Source of the DNA: Torpedo marmorata | Lineage: Eukaryota | Direction of reading: 5' to 3' | Assembly: GCA_977017645.1 (NCBI GenBank) | Contig: OZ360220.1 | Span: 259,036,001-259,100,000 of the forward strand | Length of the DNA stretch: 64,000 nucleotides | Shown: one piece after another, positions 49,455-62,805 of the stretch | How positions within the stretch are numbered: position 1 is the first letter of the stretch | How the letters are laid out: each line of letters begins with the position of its first letter | Made by a program: the position numbers and the translations under genes | The notes under the pieces: generated by a model | What the model saw: only the letters and a program-made list of their open reading frames with translations | Database searches by the model: none | What the model was told of the DNA's origin: nothing

Positions 49455-52400
49455 TCAAAAAGAAATGATATTTATCACGTAAGTGATTTTTTCAAGTGGT
49501 ATACATGAACGCAATTCAGCATGCCATCTTTCTAACCCTAAATCTACATCCGATTTCCATGTAATGGCAATACATTTCTTAGAAACAGCTAAAGCACTAG
49601 TTCCTTTAATATCTCCAAACAAAAATATCATAGGATCCATTGGGAGTGTAATTCTTAATACTTTATCTAAAAACTATTTAACCTTCAACCAAAAATCATA
49701 CACTTTTGGACAAAACCATGTAGAATGTACAAAAGAACCTTCCTCACTATTACATCTAAAATATAAACCAGATAATGTCAGATTAAATTTCTTTTGTCTT
49801 TTAGGTGTTAAAAATAATTGATGGAAAAAATTATAGTTGCACCAGTCTATATCTAACATTAATAATCTTCGTCATACTATGTTTACATAATTTTTTTCAG
49901 TGTTCTTCATCTATTGTTACACTCAAATCTGTTTCCCAATTTAATCTTGATTTGTGAATTCCTGGTTTAGGCAATTTCCTCTGTAACAATCTATACATTT
50001 GAGAAATAAATTTAGAAACACCTCCATTAGTAACTAATAATTCCAATTCAGTCTGCCTTGGTAAAATCAAACTATGGCCCAACCTTTCAACTAAAAATGC
50101 TCTGATTTGATAGTAAGCAAAGATTGTATTATCTGCTACATTAAACTTATCTTTCATTCTTTGAAACGTAATAAATTTACCAGCTTCAAAACAATCATTT
50201 ATTTCCTTAATTCACTTTTGGAACCAAATTTTAAATAATTGATTATCAACAGTAAATGGGATAAGTTTATTTTGGTACAGAGGCATTCTTCGAGAAATTG
50301 ACCTTTCGCTCCTATTTCTCTATCCACTCTATTCCATATTTCTAACAAATGTCTAAAAATAGGAGAATTTTTCCCTCTAATTAATAATAATTTAGAATTC
50401 CATTTATAAATGACTTCTTCTTTCAAATCCTCTCCTATATTATTTAATTCTATTCTAATCCAAGCAGAGAGTTTCCCTAAATCAAACAATTCGTTAATAA
50501 ATTTTAGTTATGCTGCTTTATAGTAATATTGAAAATTAGGAAGCTGTAGACCACCCATTTCATAATTCCAGGTAAATTTCTCCATACCTACTCTAGCCAA
50601 CTTTCCTTTCCACAAAAATTTCCTAATAATTAAATATAAATCTTTAAAAAATTTCTGAGGAATTTCATAAGGAATTGATTGAAAAAGATATTGAATTCTC
50701 AGAAAAACATTCATTTTAATACAATTTACCCTTCCCATTAGAGTTATAGGTAAATCCTTCCAACTCTCCAGATTTTTTTTATATTCCCAAATAATGGTAA
50801 ATAGTTTAATTTATACAAATTGGTTAATTTTGTATCAATCTTTATTCCCAAATATTTAATTCCTTCCTTTGACCATTTAAATTGTGTAATTTCTTTACAT
50901 TTACTATAATCCCCTTGTGTTAAAGGCATAATTTCACTTTTATCCGAATTAATCTTATAACCAGATATTTCCCCATATTCTTTCAATAAAACAGACAATT
51001 GCATTAAAGAATTAATAGGTTTTGTCATATATATCAATACGTCATCTGCAAATAAACTAATTTTGTGTTCTTCATTACCAACTTTAATACCTGCAATCTT
51101 AATATCTTGTCTAATTAATTCAGCTAAAGGTTCTATTGCTAAAATAAACAATGCTGGCGATAAAGGACAACCTTGTCTAGTAGACCTAGTTAAGGAAAAT
51201 TTTGAAGATATTTGTCCATTTGTGACTACTCTAGCAGAAGGTTCTTTATATATAGTTTTAATCCAATTAATAAATGTATTTCCAAAACCGAATTTTTCCA
51301 GTACCTTAAATAAATAATTCCACTCTAATCTATCAAAAGCCTTTTCGGCATCTAATGTTAATACTAATGCCAGCTCCTCTCTTTTTTGTGCCACGTTTAT
51401 TAAACTAATTAATCTAGCGATATTATCTTTTGTATATCTGTTCTTAATAAAGCCTGCTTGATCTACATGAACTAAATCTGGTAAATACTTAGCCACTCTA
51501 TTTGCTAAAATTTTCGCCATTATTTTATAGTCCACATTTAACAACGATATTGGTCTATATGATTCTGTTTTCCACAAGTGTCTATCTTTTTTCGGTATAA
51601 CTGTTATTATTGTGTTTGAGAAGGTTTCCGGTAGTGAATGAGTTTCCGTTATTTGTTTTAACACTTCCATATAAGGAGGTATCAATAAGTCCTTAAACTT
51701 CTTATAAAATTCTGATGGAAAACCATCCTCCCCCGGAGATTTCCCACTTGTTAACTTCCCTCATCGTAAATGGTGAATCTAAAGATTCTTTACTAAGTTT
51801 ATTTAACCTAGGCATCTTAATTTTGGATAAAAATTTGTTAATTTTAGAATCATCTTTATCGACTTGAGATGTATATAAATTCAAATAAAAATCCTTGAAA
51901 GAATCATTTATTTCTCGCGGTTTATAAGTTATTTTCTTAGAATTCTTTTTTGTAGCCGTTATAGTTCTAGAGGTTTGTTCTTTCTTTAATTGCCAGGCTA
52001 AAACTTTATGAGCTCTTTCTCCCAATTCATAATACCTTTGCTTGCTTCTTTCAATGAGTTTTTCCAATTTATATGTTTGTAACGTATTATAATATAATTT
52101 TTTCTCAATTAAATTTTTCTTCTTTTCTTCTGATCTCTTTTTTTGTAAATCCTTCTCCAAAAACTCAATCTCCTTCTCCAAATTATCCAATTCCTGAATA
52201 TTTTCCTTCTTAATTTTTGCTGAATAACTTATTATCTGACGTCTTAAATAAGCTTTCAAAGCATCCCAAATAATAAATTTATTCTCAATGGAATCAGAGT
52301 TAATCTATAAGAATTCTTGGATTTCTCTTCTTATATATTTACAAAAATCCACTCTTTTTAGTAAAGAAGAATTAAACCTCCATCTATATATAATTTTTTC

Positions 52401-53124
52401 TTTTTCTGGAATTATGCATGACATTAATAAAGGCAAATGGTCAGAAATTAATCTTGCCTTATATTGTGCTTGAGTCACCCTATCTTGTAATTGTGATGAC
52501 AGTAAAAATATGTCTATTCTAGAATAAGAATCATGTCTAGAAGAATAAAAAGAATAGTCTTTTTCTCTCGGATTCAACTTCCTCCAAATATCAATTAAAT
52601 TCAAATCTTTCATCATAGTAAGAATTCTTTTAGCAGTTTTAGTTCTAATGATTGATTTAGATGTTTTATCCATTGCTGGGTCTAAACAACAATTAAAATC
52701 TCCACCAATTAAAATATTATCGTTTGCTTCTGACAAATGCATAAAGGAATCTTGAATAAATTGTTCATCTTGTGTATTTGGCACGTATATATTCATGAGT
52801 CCACATTTCTGAATATATCTGACAGTTTATTAAGACATATCTTCCTGACACATCAGTAACCACCGATTGTATTTTAAAGGGTAACTTCTTATTAATTAGT
52901 ATAGCAACACCTTTAGCCTTAGAATTAAATGAAGATGCTACTACTTGACCAACCCATTCTCTTTTCAACTTCTGATGTTCTAACTCAATCAAATGTGTCT
53001 CTTGTAATAAAGCTATGTCTACGTTTAGCTTTTTGATGTATGCTAAAGTTTTCTTCCTTTTAATCAGATTATTGAGCCCATTTATATTAATACTGACTAC
53101 ATTTATTAATTTACTGTCCGCCAT
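49455..53124 (-). pseudogene. L1 ORF2 (APE endonuclease-RT), multiple frameshifts and stops
   Basis: SININGLN, LLQETH, GGDFN, SRID, ISDH; YRPISLLNVDYK, LDAEKAFD, RQGCPLSP, LFADD. Confidence 0.92.
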
Positions 53125-53411
53125 TGCTGATATTTAATAACTCTCTCTCCATCGGATCCGCCGGCTCCCCCTTCCACATTTGTAATCTATTTGTCATCTC
53201 CTTAGAAAGAATAAGAGAAAAGGAAATAAAAAGAGAATAGAGAACTAAAGAACCCACTATATATAATACTGGTATATTTACACCAGTACTACCACCCTCC
53301 ATTGCTCGGGAAGTGGCCCTCGCCACTAAAATGATGCACGACTAAGTACGAAGAAGACAAAAAGTCCACCTCCCCCCAAACAGATTTCCAACAAAATTTG
53401 TTATCGTTTCT

Positions 53412-54800
53412 TCATCCAGCAACTTCAAGATCTCTATTAACTTGATCCTCATCGATTACGACCCCATTTTCTTGTTCCAAAACTCTTGGTGAGAGCAATT
53501 CTTGAGCCGGTAAGATGACTTGATATCGCCCTGAAAAATCTTGATCTTTCTTTAATTCCGGAAGTAAATTTGCATGCTGTAGAGCCTCTTGAGGGTCAGT
53601 GAAGAAAAGTGACTGATTCTCTGCAGATTGAACTTTCAATATCGCAGGATATCTAAATGAAAATTTATATCCTTTACCCCACAAAACCGCTTTCGCCGGG
53701 TTAAATTCTTTCCGTTTTTTTATAATTACCGAACTCAAATCAGCATAAAAAAACATACTATTTTTATCGATTATCAACGGACCATGATGAATTCTTGCCT
53801 TCTGAACAGCCAATTTCAATATTTTTTCTTTATCCTGATATCTAAGGCACTAATTAGAATTGAACGTGGTCTTTGACCAGGATATGGTTTTCTCCTGCTA
53901 TCTCTATGAGCTCTATCCATTTCAAAGTCTGCGGAATCCAGTTTTGAAAAAATATTGTTGGATTTGTCCCTTCAAAATCTTCAGGCAGTCCCACAATTTT
54001 AACATTGTTTCTCCGACTCTGATTTTCCAATACATCTATTTTTTGTAAAAGTTCATTCCTTTGTAGCTCCCAACCTGTGAATGAATCTTCCACTTTATCC
54101 ACTCTATCCTTATAGTCCACCATTTCCTCGTAATGTTCCTTAACATTCTCTTCAATTTTTTGAACCCTCAGTAGTACTTTATCCACAATATTTGAATGCT
54201 TTTTCATATCTTGTTTAACAGCATTTATTTCTTCCTTTACCTCTTTAAATCCATGCTGCATACGTTGATTCAGTAATGAAACTTGTTTTGTTAATTTGTC
54301 CATAGCTTCAATAAGAGTCATTGATAATTCTTGTTTACCTTGAAGCATTGGAGCCTCCTCTTCTCCACTTATTTCTTCTTGCTCCTCTCCCTCCATCTCT
54401 TGCATTCCTCCTTCCAATTCTTGATATCTTTCTTCCTCTCTTCTCTTTTCTTCTGAATCTGTAGATGACGATAATTCCTGTTCAGCTTCATGGCAGTACA
54501 TATCTGACAGTTCGCGATCTTTATCGCGCATGCGCGTCATTCGCACATGCGCAAACGTTCCGCCGGAAGTTGTAGTCTTTTAACCTTTCTTCAAGCACCA
54601 GCGCCATTTTCCCCAGCTCCCCAGGAGGACGGCGCTGGTGCTGTAGTTACCTTCACCGTCCTCGTCTGCATCTTCCTCGGAGGGAGAGGAACTTGATCCC
54701 GAGGCTCCATCGTTAAGGTAGGCCAGTCTTCCTCCTGAATTAAACTCTCGTTAAACTCCGGTTTTTTTTACTTTTGTTCTTTCGTTTTCCTAGTAGACAT
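53412..54800 (-). pseudogene. L1 ORF1 (acidic region, coiled coil, Transposase_22-like RRM/CTD), disrupted
   Basis: LENQSRRNNVKIVGLPE, FYADLS...RKEF and FRYPAIL motifs; probable ATG at 54800. Confidence 0.85.
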
Positions 54801-56924
54801 TCCTGAATCGTTCATAAGCAGCTTAACTTTTTTTTAATAACTATAAGTCTCTTTTATTCGGGTTTTAATTAATTCTGCTGGGAGAGGTGTAATTTCACGT
54901 CTCCACCCTACGTCATCACGCCACACCCCCGTCTCCACCCTACGTCATCACGCCACGCCCCCACAACACTTTTATGTATTGCTCTCGACTCCAGCATCTG
55001 CAGATTTTCTTGTTTAACAACAGAGATTTAATTTAATTTGGCATCCATATTTGGTGCAGACATTGTGGTCCAAAGGGTCTGTGAAATACTGTTCTATGTG
55101 TCATTGACTTCTCTTGAGTGGCACTTATTCACCAATAACCTACTAGCCCACTCCCTGTTGGGTTTCAACAGAACCACTTGGTTCCAGACTTCATTGCATC
55201 CTTGCTTGAAAAGGAGACCAAAGAGCAGAGTTCCAGCAAAGTCACAGTATTTCATCCAACATGGCATCAAGTAGCCTGGTCAAACTAGCGTCAATGGCTA
55301 TTGCGAGGTGATAATTGGAACCACACCTTGCATGAAAGGTGATTATGGTCGTCATTCAAACCCCAGGAGACCGCTGTAGGAATCCTTCTGGGCAGTGTAT
55401 TAGGCCTACTCATTAACTCATCAGTGGTATAAGGTCAGGTGTGCAGATGTTCACCGATGATTTCACAATACTCAACAAGACTAAGAACCTTAACAAAGTC
55501 CAAGACAAAGCAGCCGACACAATTGGTACCTCATCAACTTCCCTATCCATTCATTCCCTTCTCCAATCAAACCCCATGGATGTATTGTGTGTCGTCTACT
55601 AAATGAACTACATGTACTCAACCAGATTACTCCATCAGTACCTCCCAGAACTTGATCTCTACCACCAAGAAGGAAAAGGGCAATCCCACCTGTCCCCTCC
55701 AATTTACACACTATTATGAATTGCAAGTATATTGTTGCTTCTTAAACATGGCTGGGTCCAAATCCTAAACTCCCTCCCCAACAGCATTGGTAAGGTCACT
55801 TGCACTGAAAGGATTACAAAGGTTCAAAATGCAGCTCAATACCATCTTCCTGAAGGACATTTCGGGTTAGGCAATGAATATTGATCTTTCCGATGGTACC
55901 CAGATCCTAAAGGATCGATAAATAAAAGAAATCCATCACAATCCCATTGACAGCTGTGCCTTCAGCCATCCAGAGCTTTGGTCTGAAATTTGCTCTCTAG
56001 CCCTCCCCAATTTACCACCTCTCTTCTCCTTTAGGATGCCCTTGAAATCTAATGCTTTGATTGAATTTTTCATGTCCTAATGATCCTTTTTTGGCTTGTT
56101 GACAATCTTTGTCCTTTGCTCCTGGGAAATACCGCAGGATGTTTACGATGTTAAATTTGTTCGTCTCAAATGTATGCAAGTAGCAAAAGAACAAGGTCTG
56201 AGCACTCCACACTGCCTATCTTTTAAAATTGGCAGCTAAGCAGGCAGCCTCCCAGGTTGAGCTTTTTTCCTGTCCACTGCTCAACTTGTGTAACGGACAT
56301 CATGCTGTAGGATATCTTTGTAAAATTGGTCTGCCTGAGTAGCCATACAATGAATACATAATACTCCACTTGTGGCCTGACTAATGTTTTTACAGCTGCA
56401 GCAAGATCGTTCGACTTTTATACTCAATGCCCAACTGCTAAAAGCAAATATGCATGTGACTTCTTTACCACCCTATCTACTTGTATTGCCACTTTCAAGG
56501 AGCTATGGACTTGCACCCCAATATCTCTCTGTACATTATGCTCTTAAGGGTCCTGCCATTCACTGCATACTTTTCTCTTGTATTTGACCTCCCAAAGTGG
56601 AACACCAGTCGCATATAAGGACTGAACTCTGAATCAGCCTTAGCCAAGTCAGATGGGTCTTTCCTTCACTTGTTACTTTATTGCAGAGCTGATGGGATAA
56701 TACGCACAAGAGGTGGGGATGTGATTGGTACATGGAGAGTATTGGCAGCTGATTGACAGTGTGGGTTGGGTTTCATGAGGCAAATGGATCAGTATTGAGT
56801 GAGGGTGATTAGTGGTGAAATTGGGAGGCATGTGGACAGTAGCACAGTAGAAAGTTCAGCCTGACAGGAGGCAGTGGGGGTAGCTTGGCAGAGCAAATGG
56901 TAGGAATGTGGGAACTCTTAAAGG

Positions 56925-57490
56925 AGGCATTGGTGAGACCACTTGGAGTAATATGAGCATTTTTGGGCTCCTCATTTAAGAAAGGATTTGCTGACGTTGG
57001 AGAGGGTTCAAAGGAGGTTCACAAGGATGATTCTGGGAATGAAAGGGTTATCATCTGAGGAACGTTGACGGCTCTTGGCCTGTACTCGTTTGAATTTAGG
57101 AGAATGAGGGGGATCTCATTGAAACACTTCAAATGTTGAAATGCATGTACAGAGTAGATGTAGAAAGGTTGTTTCCCATGGTGGGAGATTCTAAGACAAG
57201 AGGGCACAACTTCAAGATTGAAGAGCGTCTGCTTAGAACAGAGATGCAGAGGAATTTCTTTAGCCAGAGGCTGGTGAATATGTGGAATTTGTTGCCACAA
57301 GTAGTTGTGGAGGCCAAGTCATTGGGTGTATTTAAGGGAGAGATTGATATGTTCTTGATTAGCCAGAGCATCAAAGGTTATGTGAAGAAGGCCGGGCAGT
57401 GGGGCTGCATGGGAGAATGGGTCCACTCATGATTGGCGGGGCAGACCCGATGGACTGAATAACCTATTTCTGCTCCTATGTCTTATTGTC
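56925..57490 (+). mobile_element. CR1/HER1-like LINE 3' end
   Basis: TRGHNFKI...FFSQRLVNMWNLLP; tail ...CCTATTTCTGCTCCTATGTCTTA. Confidence 0.85.
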
Positions 57491-59499
57491 TTATGGAGGA
57501 TTCAAGGGTGTATAGCTGCCAATACCAAGTAAGGGATAAAGCTGAGGTGGGTTCCAGAACCAATCTTTAAGTAACACTAATGCTGACCTTGGAGATCTGT
57601 TTCTCCTTGCATGGCCCACTGATGGTGATGGCCAAGCATGCCAATTGAAAATTTGGGAAATGGTGCCTTTCATGTAGTTAGATGCACTCTGCACATTTGG
57701 GCTCCTCCACATGAAGGATCAAATGGATGGAGAACCCAGTCAGAAAACCCCAAACTTCTTGCAACTTGAAGTAGGTCACCGATTTTCCATTATAATCAAT
57801 GTTTCAATGAAAATAAACATTGTGCAAAGTAATCATTCTTCTAAGCAGTTATTTTCCTTAGTTATCTATCGTAAATCAGAACGTCAATCCATCATTGGAG
57901 AAGGCGGATGTGAAGCGCACCTATCAACACCCTAATCCTCATTTCTTCACTTCTGTAAGTGCAGCTTATGCTGTGCTGTTTGTCTAAAGATTTCTTTTAA
58001 CATCAGTCAGAAACACTGCCATTTGCAAACTGAAGTAGTTGAATGGCTCCTGTTATTTCTCTCTGCCGCTTGTCTGCTTGTGAGTGTATTCTGTGTATTT
58101 TGGTTATTGCACACCTTACACACCAGTATTCTACTCTGTACTTGACTGCTTTAAGCCAACATCTTCCACTGAAATGGAATGAGGTGGACTGACTTGAAGC
58201 AACTAACTCATGTTCTAATTAGCCCAGAGCCTCCAAAACACCACCACTATTAACAGTAACATATTAATTTTATGCTGCTTGGTTGATATAATTAAATAAT
58301 GGGCAAGGCCAGTTGTGATTGGGTTTTTTTTTTGTAGCCTGATGCAACATCAAAGGAGTGACCAATCTGGCAAGCACAGTCAGCTATTACAAACAATGTG
58401 CTGCAAAATTTGTATTCCCTCCAAAGGGACATGTGATCTTGATTGCCGGATTAATATGCCAATCACAATGTTTGTCGCTGCAGATACCATTTTTAATGCT
58501 GGATCTTGGCAATAAAATGGATGGAAAGGGCAGAGAAATAAATGACTCAAAGTTTTGTATAAATTTAAAATTAAATTGAGGTTACTGCAATAATATCCTC
58601 CCAACCCTTCCAGAGTAGAACATAACTGAGTAATTGGCTTGTTTATTGAACTAATCTTCTGAGTTCTCCTGAATTACTCCAAAGACTTGTCATTTGACAT
58701 TGTTAAGAAACTTAGGCCTGCTGTTAATTTCCTGACTTCATTGGTCTTTAGGAAAGGTGGGTGACTCCTGAAGGTGGGGATCTCCAAGATTTGGGAGTTT
58801 TCACTCCTGAATTCCAGCATCACATTTACCTTTGTAGGAATTGCTTCTAAATCTAAAGGTGAAAATATTTTATTAGCTTTCATTTCCTGTCCTTTTACAT
58901 CTGGTTCGTGCCTGGTGGACCATTTCCTCTCAGACCACAGCTGTTGTCAGCTGGCTACCCAAAGATATCTGCAAGACTAAGTATAACGTTCCTGGAAAAC
59001 AAGTGTATGATTAACCCTTGCCCGACTCACCAAAGGCGGTTGAACATGAAATACATGCCTCAACTTAAGCGATTCAGTAGCTTTAGCGCTTCACCAGAGT
59101 GTCCGGTTACACCAATTAAACGAACCATCCTGCACGTCTTAATATTTGTGGTGGTGGAAGTTGGTTCAGTGTTAGAACCTTACTGAAAGAAGTGACCTGA
59201 TATGGTTGAGAGTGACCACCCAGATTTTCCAGTATGACTTTGGAGGACTAATGGAGGAGGTGGGGAGAAGGACAGAGTTCCTCTACCCACGAACCAGGCA
59301 CAAGTGATGGGATACCAACTAAATGAACAAAGGATCTTAAGGTCCTTGCATTCAGATTCAGTGCTGCTGAATGTTTACTGACTTTAAATTTATAGACTAG
59401 GTCAGCATGTACATCTAGAAGCAATATCTATTAGCAATGGCACCATTCGCTGTTACGTGCACCAAAACCCTGTCTTTCAAAACGAGGTGTTGTTTCATT

Positions 59500-59925
59500 A
59501 GTTTACATTGGGCCTCACTCTGACAGTGGAGAAGGCCCAGGACAGATCAGTGTGGGAATGCGAAAGGGTGTTGAAATAGTAAGCAACCAGGAGCACGGAA
59601 TGGACATTGTGAAAAGACTTTAAATGCTCTATGAAATGCTCGCCAAGTGGGCGATTGGTCTCACCGATATCTAGGAGGCCACATCGGGAGCACCAAATGC
59701 AGTTGATGAGGTTGGAGGAGGTACACATGAATCTTTGCCTCGCATGAATGGTGGAGGTGTAAGAGCAAGTGTTTCACCTACTGTAGTTTCAGGGGCAAGT
59801 ACTGGGGGCCACGGAGAGGTGGGTAAGAAGGGAAGGGCACACAAGGGAGGCACAGAAAAATCGATCCCTGTAGAAGGTGCAAAAGGGTTGGAACAGGTAG
59901 ATGTGGGTGGTAGTGGGGTCTAGTT
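59500..59925 (-). mobile_element. Degraded Penelope GIY-YIG fragment
   Basis: CTSSNLINCIWCSRCGLLDIGETNRPLGEHFIEH. Confidence 0.75.
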
Positions 59926-59949
59926 ACAGCAAAAAGTTTTGAAATCCCA

Positions 59950-60258
59950 GATTAATCATGAAAGGAATAGATCGGGCGAATGCATGGAGTCTTTTGTCCA
60001 GAGTAGGGGAATCGAGAACCAGAGGACATGGGTTTAAGTTGAGGGGGAGAGATTTAACAAGAACATGAGCGGTAACGTTTTTACACAGAGGATGATGGTG
60101 TATGGAACAAGCTGCTGGAGGAGGTAGTTGAGGCAGGTACTATTACAACATTTAAGAAACATTTGAAGGGATATGTGGAACTAGTGAAGGTGGGATATTT
60201 TGGTTGGCATGGGCAAGTTGGGCCAAAGGGCCTGTTTCCCCACTATATGACTCTATGA
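59950..60258 (+). mobile_element. CR1/HER1-like 3' end
   Basis: AGAACCAGAGGACATGGGTTTAAG...TGGAACAAGCTGCTGGAGGAGG...GGGCCAAAGGGCCTGTTTCC tail. Confidence 0.75.
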
Positions 60259-60311
60259 AACAACAGAATTTTCCATTCCTCAATCAGTGGACACTGCTTT
60301 AATCTATGAAC

Positions 60312-60391
60312 ATCATGAAAACTGAGCAATTATTTTGTTGGCAGAACCCATTATTGTTCTGCCAACAAAATAATTGCTCAGTTTTCATGAT
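60312..60391. repeat. Perfect inverted repeat, 36-bp arms with an 8-nt loop
   Basis: ATCATGAAAACTGAGCAATTATTTTGTTGGCAGAAC-ccattatt-GTTCTGCCAACAAAATAATTGCTCAGTTTTCATGAT. Confidence 0.97.
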
Positions 60392-60492
60392 CAATGTCGA
60401 CAGAAACCCGTTTTACTAGAACTTATGATATTTGTGTAACACCTACAGTAACTATTGAATCCTGTAATTGTGGTTCCCTTCCTTTTTACTAG

Positions 60493-60636
60493 GCTGAGGT
60501 GGCCATACAGAATGAAGATGAGGACCAGCCACTAAGCTTGGCCTGGCCAGATACAACACGTAAACGAATTATTTATCTAATTATACTGCCTATTATCCTT
60601 CCATTGTGGTTAACCTTACCTGACGTCAGGAAGAAG
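60493..60636 (+). CDS. SLC24A2: SLC24A2 internal exon, 144 nt (alternative in-frame start at 60511 possible)
   Basis: tactag|...|gtaagc; AEVAIQNEDEDQPLSLAWPDTTRKRIIYLIILPIILPLWLTLPDVRKK matches NCKX2 EEEDQPLSLAWP...PLWITLPDVRK. Confidence 0.93.
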
Positions 60637-61740
60637 GTAAGCATCTGTGTAGATTTTATTTTTTTCAATTTTTAATGTATACACAGTATTACACATCTGT
60701 ATCTGCATCAATGAAGCAAATGAAAGTGTGGAGAATGAAACTGAGAGAAAAAAGTAGAGGAATAGAGTCAGTTTCATTTTGATTTTAAAACCGTAGGTTG
60801 AACCCAAACTCTGTTCCATAGTTTATTTTAGTATTTTTAGTATACATACAACATAAATGAATTTATACCGCAAAGGAGTCTTCAGAAATAAATGTTGACA
60901 GTTTTATCACCTGCAGAAGTGTTGATCTCACGTGAGAAATGGATAAAACTGACAAATATTGAACATCCTGGAATACCTTATAGGGGAAAAAAGTTGATTT
61001 CAACAATCATTGGAAAACTGATTATTTATTAACATACATAATGATCAAAATATGAGTATCTATCAGACCTCATTGCTCCTCATTTCTGAGTGGGAGGTGG
61101 GGGCAATTGCATGTGTTAGAATAACAGGAACCAATTTAGATTCCTCAAGAAGAGTTTGAGGAGGAAATTGACATTGATGGCTATAAAATTATTCTTTCTG
61201 TGGGATTCTTAAGGTATTTGGACTTGTAGTATACTTTTATTTGCAGGTCAGTGGGACTAAGCAGAATAATAGTTTGGCACTGACTGGAATGGCCGAACAG
61301 CCCATTTCTGAGCTGTAGTGTTCTATCATTCTATGTTCCTCCTTATGACTGGAAGGGAGATGATCAATACGCTCATAGGAAGTAAATATGATTTATGCCT
61401 TATCACCCAAGTTCTTTTTGAACAACATCTATCAATATGCTCAGCTAATGTAGTGGCTAAATGAAGCACTGTTGGACCTGTCTGCAGAAGATAGTGAAAA
61501 CTCCATGAAAAGTCTGCTAAATAAATAGTCCATTCCCATTCCAGTGATATAACTACCTCTCTTAAAGCAAACAGCTTCAAAGAATGATTGACAATGTAGG
61601 TATGTCTGGGTGCTCTTCATCTCAGCTACCACTTCAATCCAGTACGGATATAGCAAGAAGTATAGAGGGAGGATAAGGCATCAGCTAACACAGGAATACT
61701 TTGCCAGATTATAAAATAGTTCACAATTACAGGAAGTTGA

Positions 61741-62676
61741 ACAAGAAAATCTGCAGACACTGAGATTGTAGTTTAAAACACAAAAATGCTGGAGAAACTC
61801 AGCAGGTCATGCAGCGTTCTTTATGGCAAAGATACATAACCAATGTTTCGGGTCTGATCCCTTTGTCGAGGTATGAGCAAAAAGCAGGCAGGTGCCTGAA
61901 TAAAATGGTGGGGAAGGGCAGGTGGAGAAGCACAGGCCCACAGGCAAGAGGTCATAGGTGATATAGATGGGAGAGCAGAAGAGAACAAAGCTGGGAAGTG
62001 ATAGGAGGAGGAGAAGAAATAGCTCTCTGAATGGAGAGGGAAGGGGGTTGGGTGCTGAAGGAAAGGAGAGAGAGAGAGAGAAGGAGAGGTCTAATGGAAA
62101 ATGGAGAAGTTGATGTTAATGCCATCTGGTTGGAGAGTGCCCAGACGGAATATTAGGTGTTCCAATTTGCGGGTCGCCTCAGTTTGGCAGTGCATGATGC
62201 CATGGACAGACATGTCGGCAAGGGTGTTGGGTGCGGAATTGAAATGGTTGGCCATTGGGAGCTTGCTGCTTTTGCTGCGGCAGAGCGAATGTGCTCAACA
62301 AAATGATATCCCAGTCTGCATCCAGCCTCTCTGATGTAGAGGCGGCCACAACGAGAGATCTAGATATAGTAGACCCCTGTAGATTCACAAGTAAAGTGTT
62401 GCTTCACTTGGAAGGACTGTTTGGGGCCCCGAATGATGGTGAGGGAGGATGTGTGACCGCATGTAGTATTTCCTGCGGTCACAGGGGTAGGTACAAAGTG
62501 GGTGATTAGTGGGAAGGGATGAGTGTACGAGGGAGTCACCGAGGAAGTGTTTTTGCAGAAGGCGGAGAGGGGAAGATGTGTCTGGTGGTGGGATCACGTT
62601 GCAGGTGACGGAAATGGTGGAGGATGATATGTTGGATGCTGAAGCTAGTGGGGTGGTAGGTGAGGACAAGGGGAAT
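61741..62676 (-). mobile_element. Older Penelope 3' portion (pLTR, GIY-YIG and RT C-terminus remnants)
   Basis: Colinear with 25465-26385 but more diverged; degenerate hammerhead at ~61835-61875. Confidence 0.85.
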
Positions 62677-62715
62677 TCACATTCAAAATTGACCCACACT
62701 TTTTTCATGTTGCAG

Positions 62716-62805
62716 AGTTCGCAGAAATATTTTGTAATTTCGTTCTTGGGGTCAATCACCTGGATTGCAGGCTTTTCCTATCTAATGGTCTGGTGGGCTC
62801 ACCAG
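62716..62805 (+). CDS. SLC24A2: SLC24A2 internal exon, 90 nt
   Basis: ttgcag|...|gtaagc; SSQKYFVISFLGSITWIAGFSYLMVWWAHQ. Confidence 0.96.

Larger units (their letters stand above)
49151..54960 (-). mobile_element. Full-length L1-clade LINE, inserted in a Penelope-derived short element (49028-55016)
   Basis: ORF1 and ORF2 (EN, RT, zinc knuckle), G-rich 3' UTR tract, A-rich tail; TSD CCACAACACTTTTAT at 49136-49150 and 54961-54975. Confidence 0.95.
42880..55920 (+). mobile_element. Ancient CR1-type LINE, fragmented by younger insertions (MITEs, Gypsy B, L1)
   Basis: Colinear remnants: endonuclease LILT(N)LP..DGIGKTDH near 43010, RT KSNLSNYH(P)LSLLSII near 48870, GSVLG and MFTDD near 55390-55460. 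Confidence 0.5.

Noticed and set aside
58901-59297. Possible element bounded by CTGGTTCGTG / CACGAACCAG inverted 10-mers
   Set aside because: No TSD and no internal homology that I can recognise; too little support
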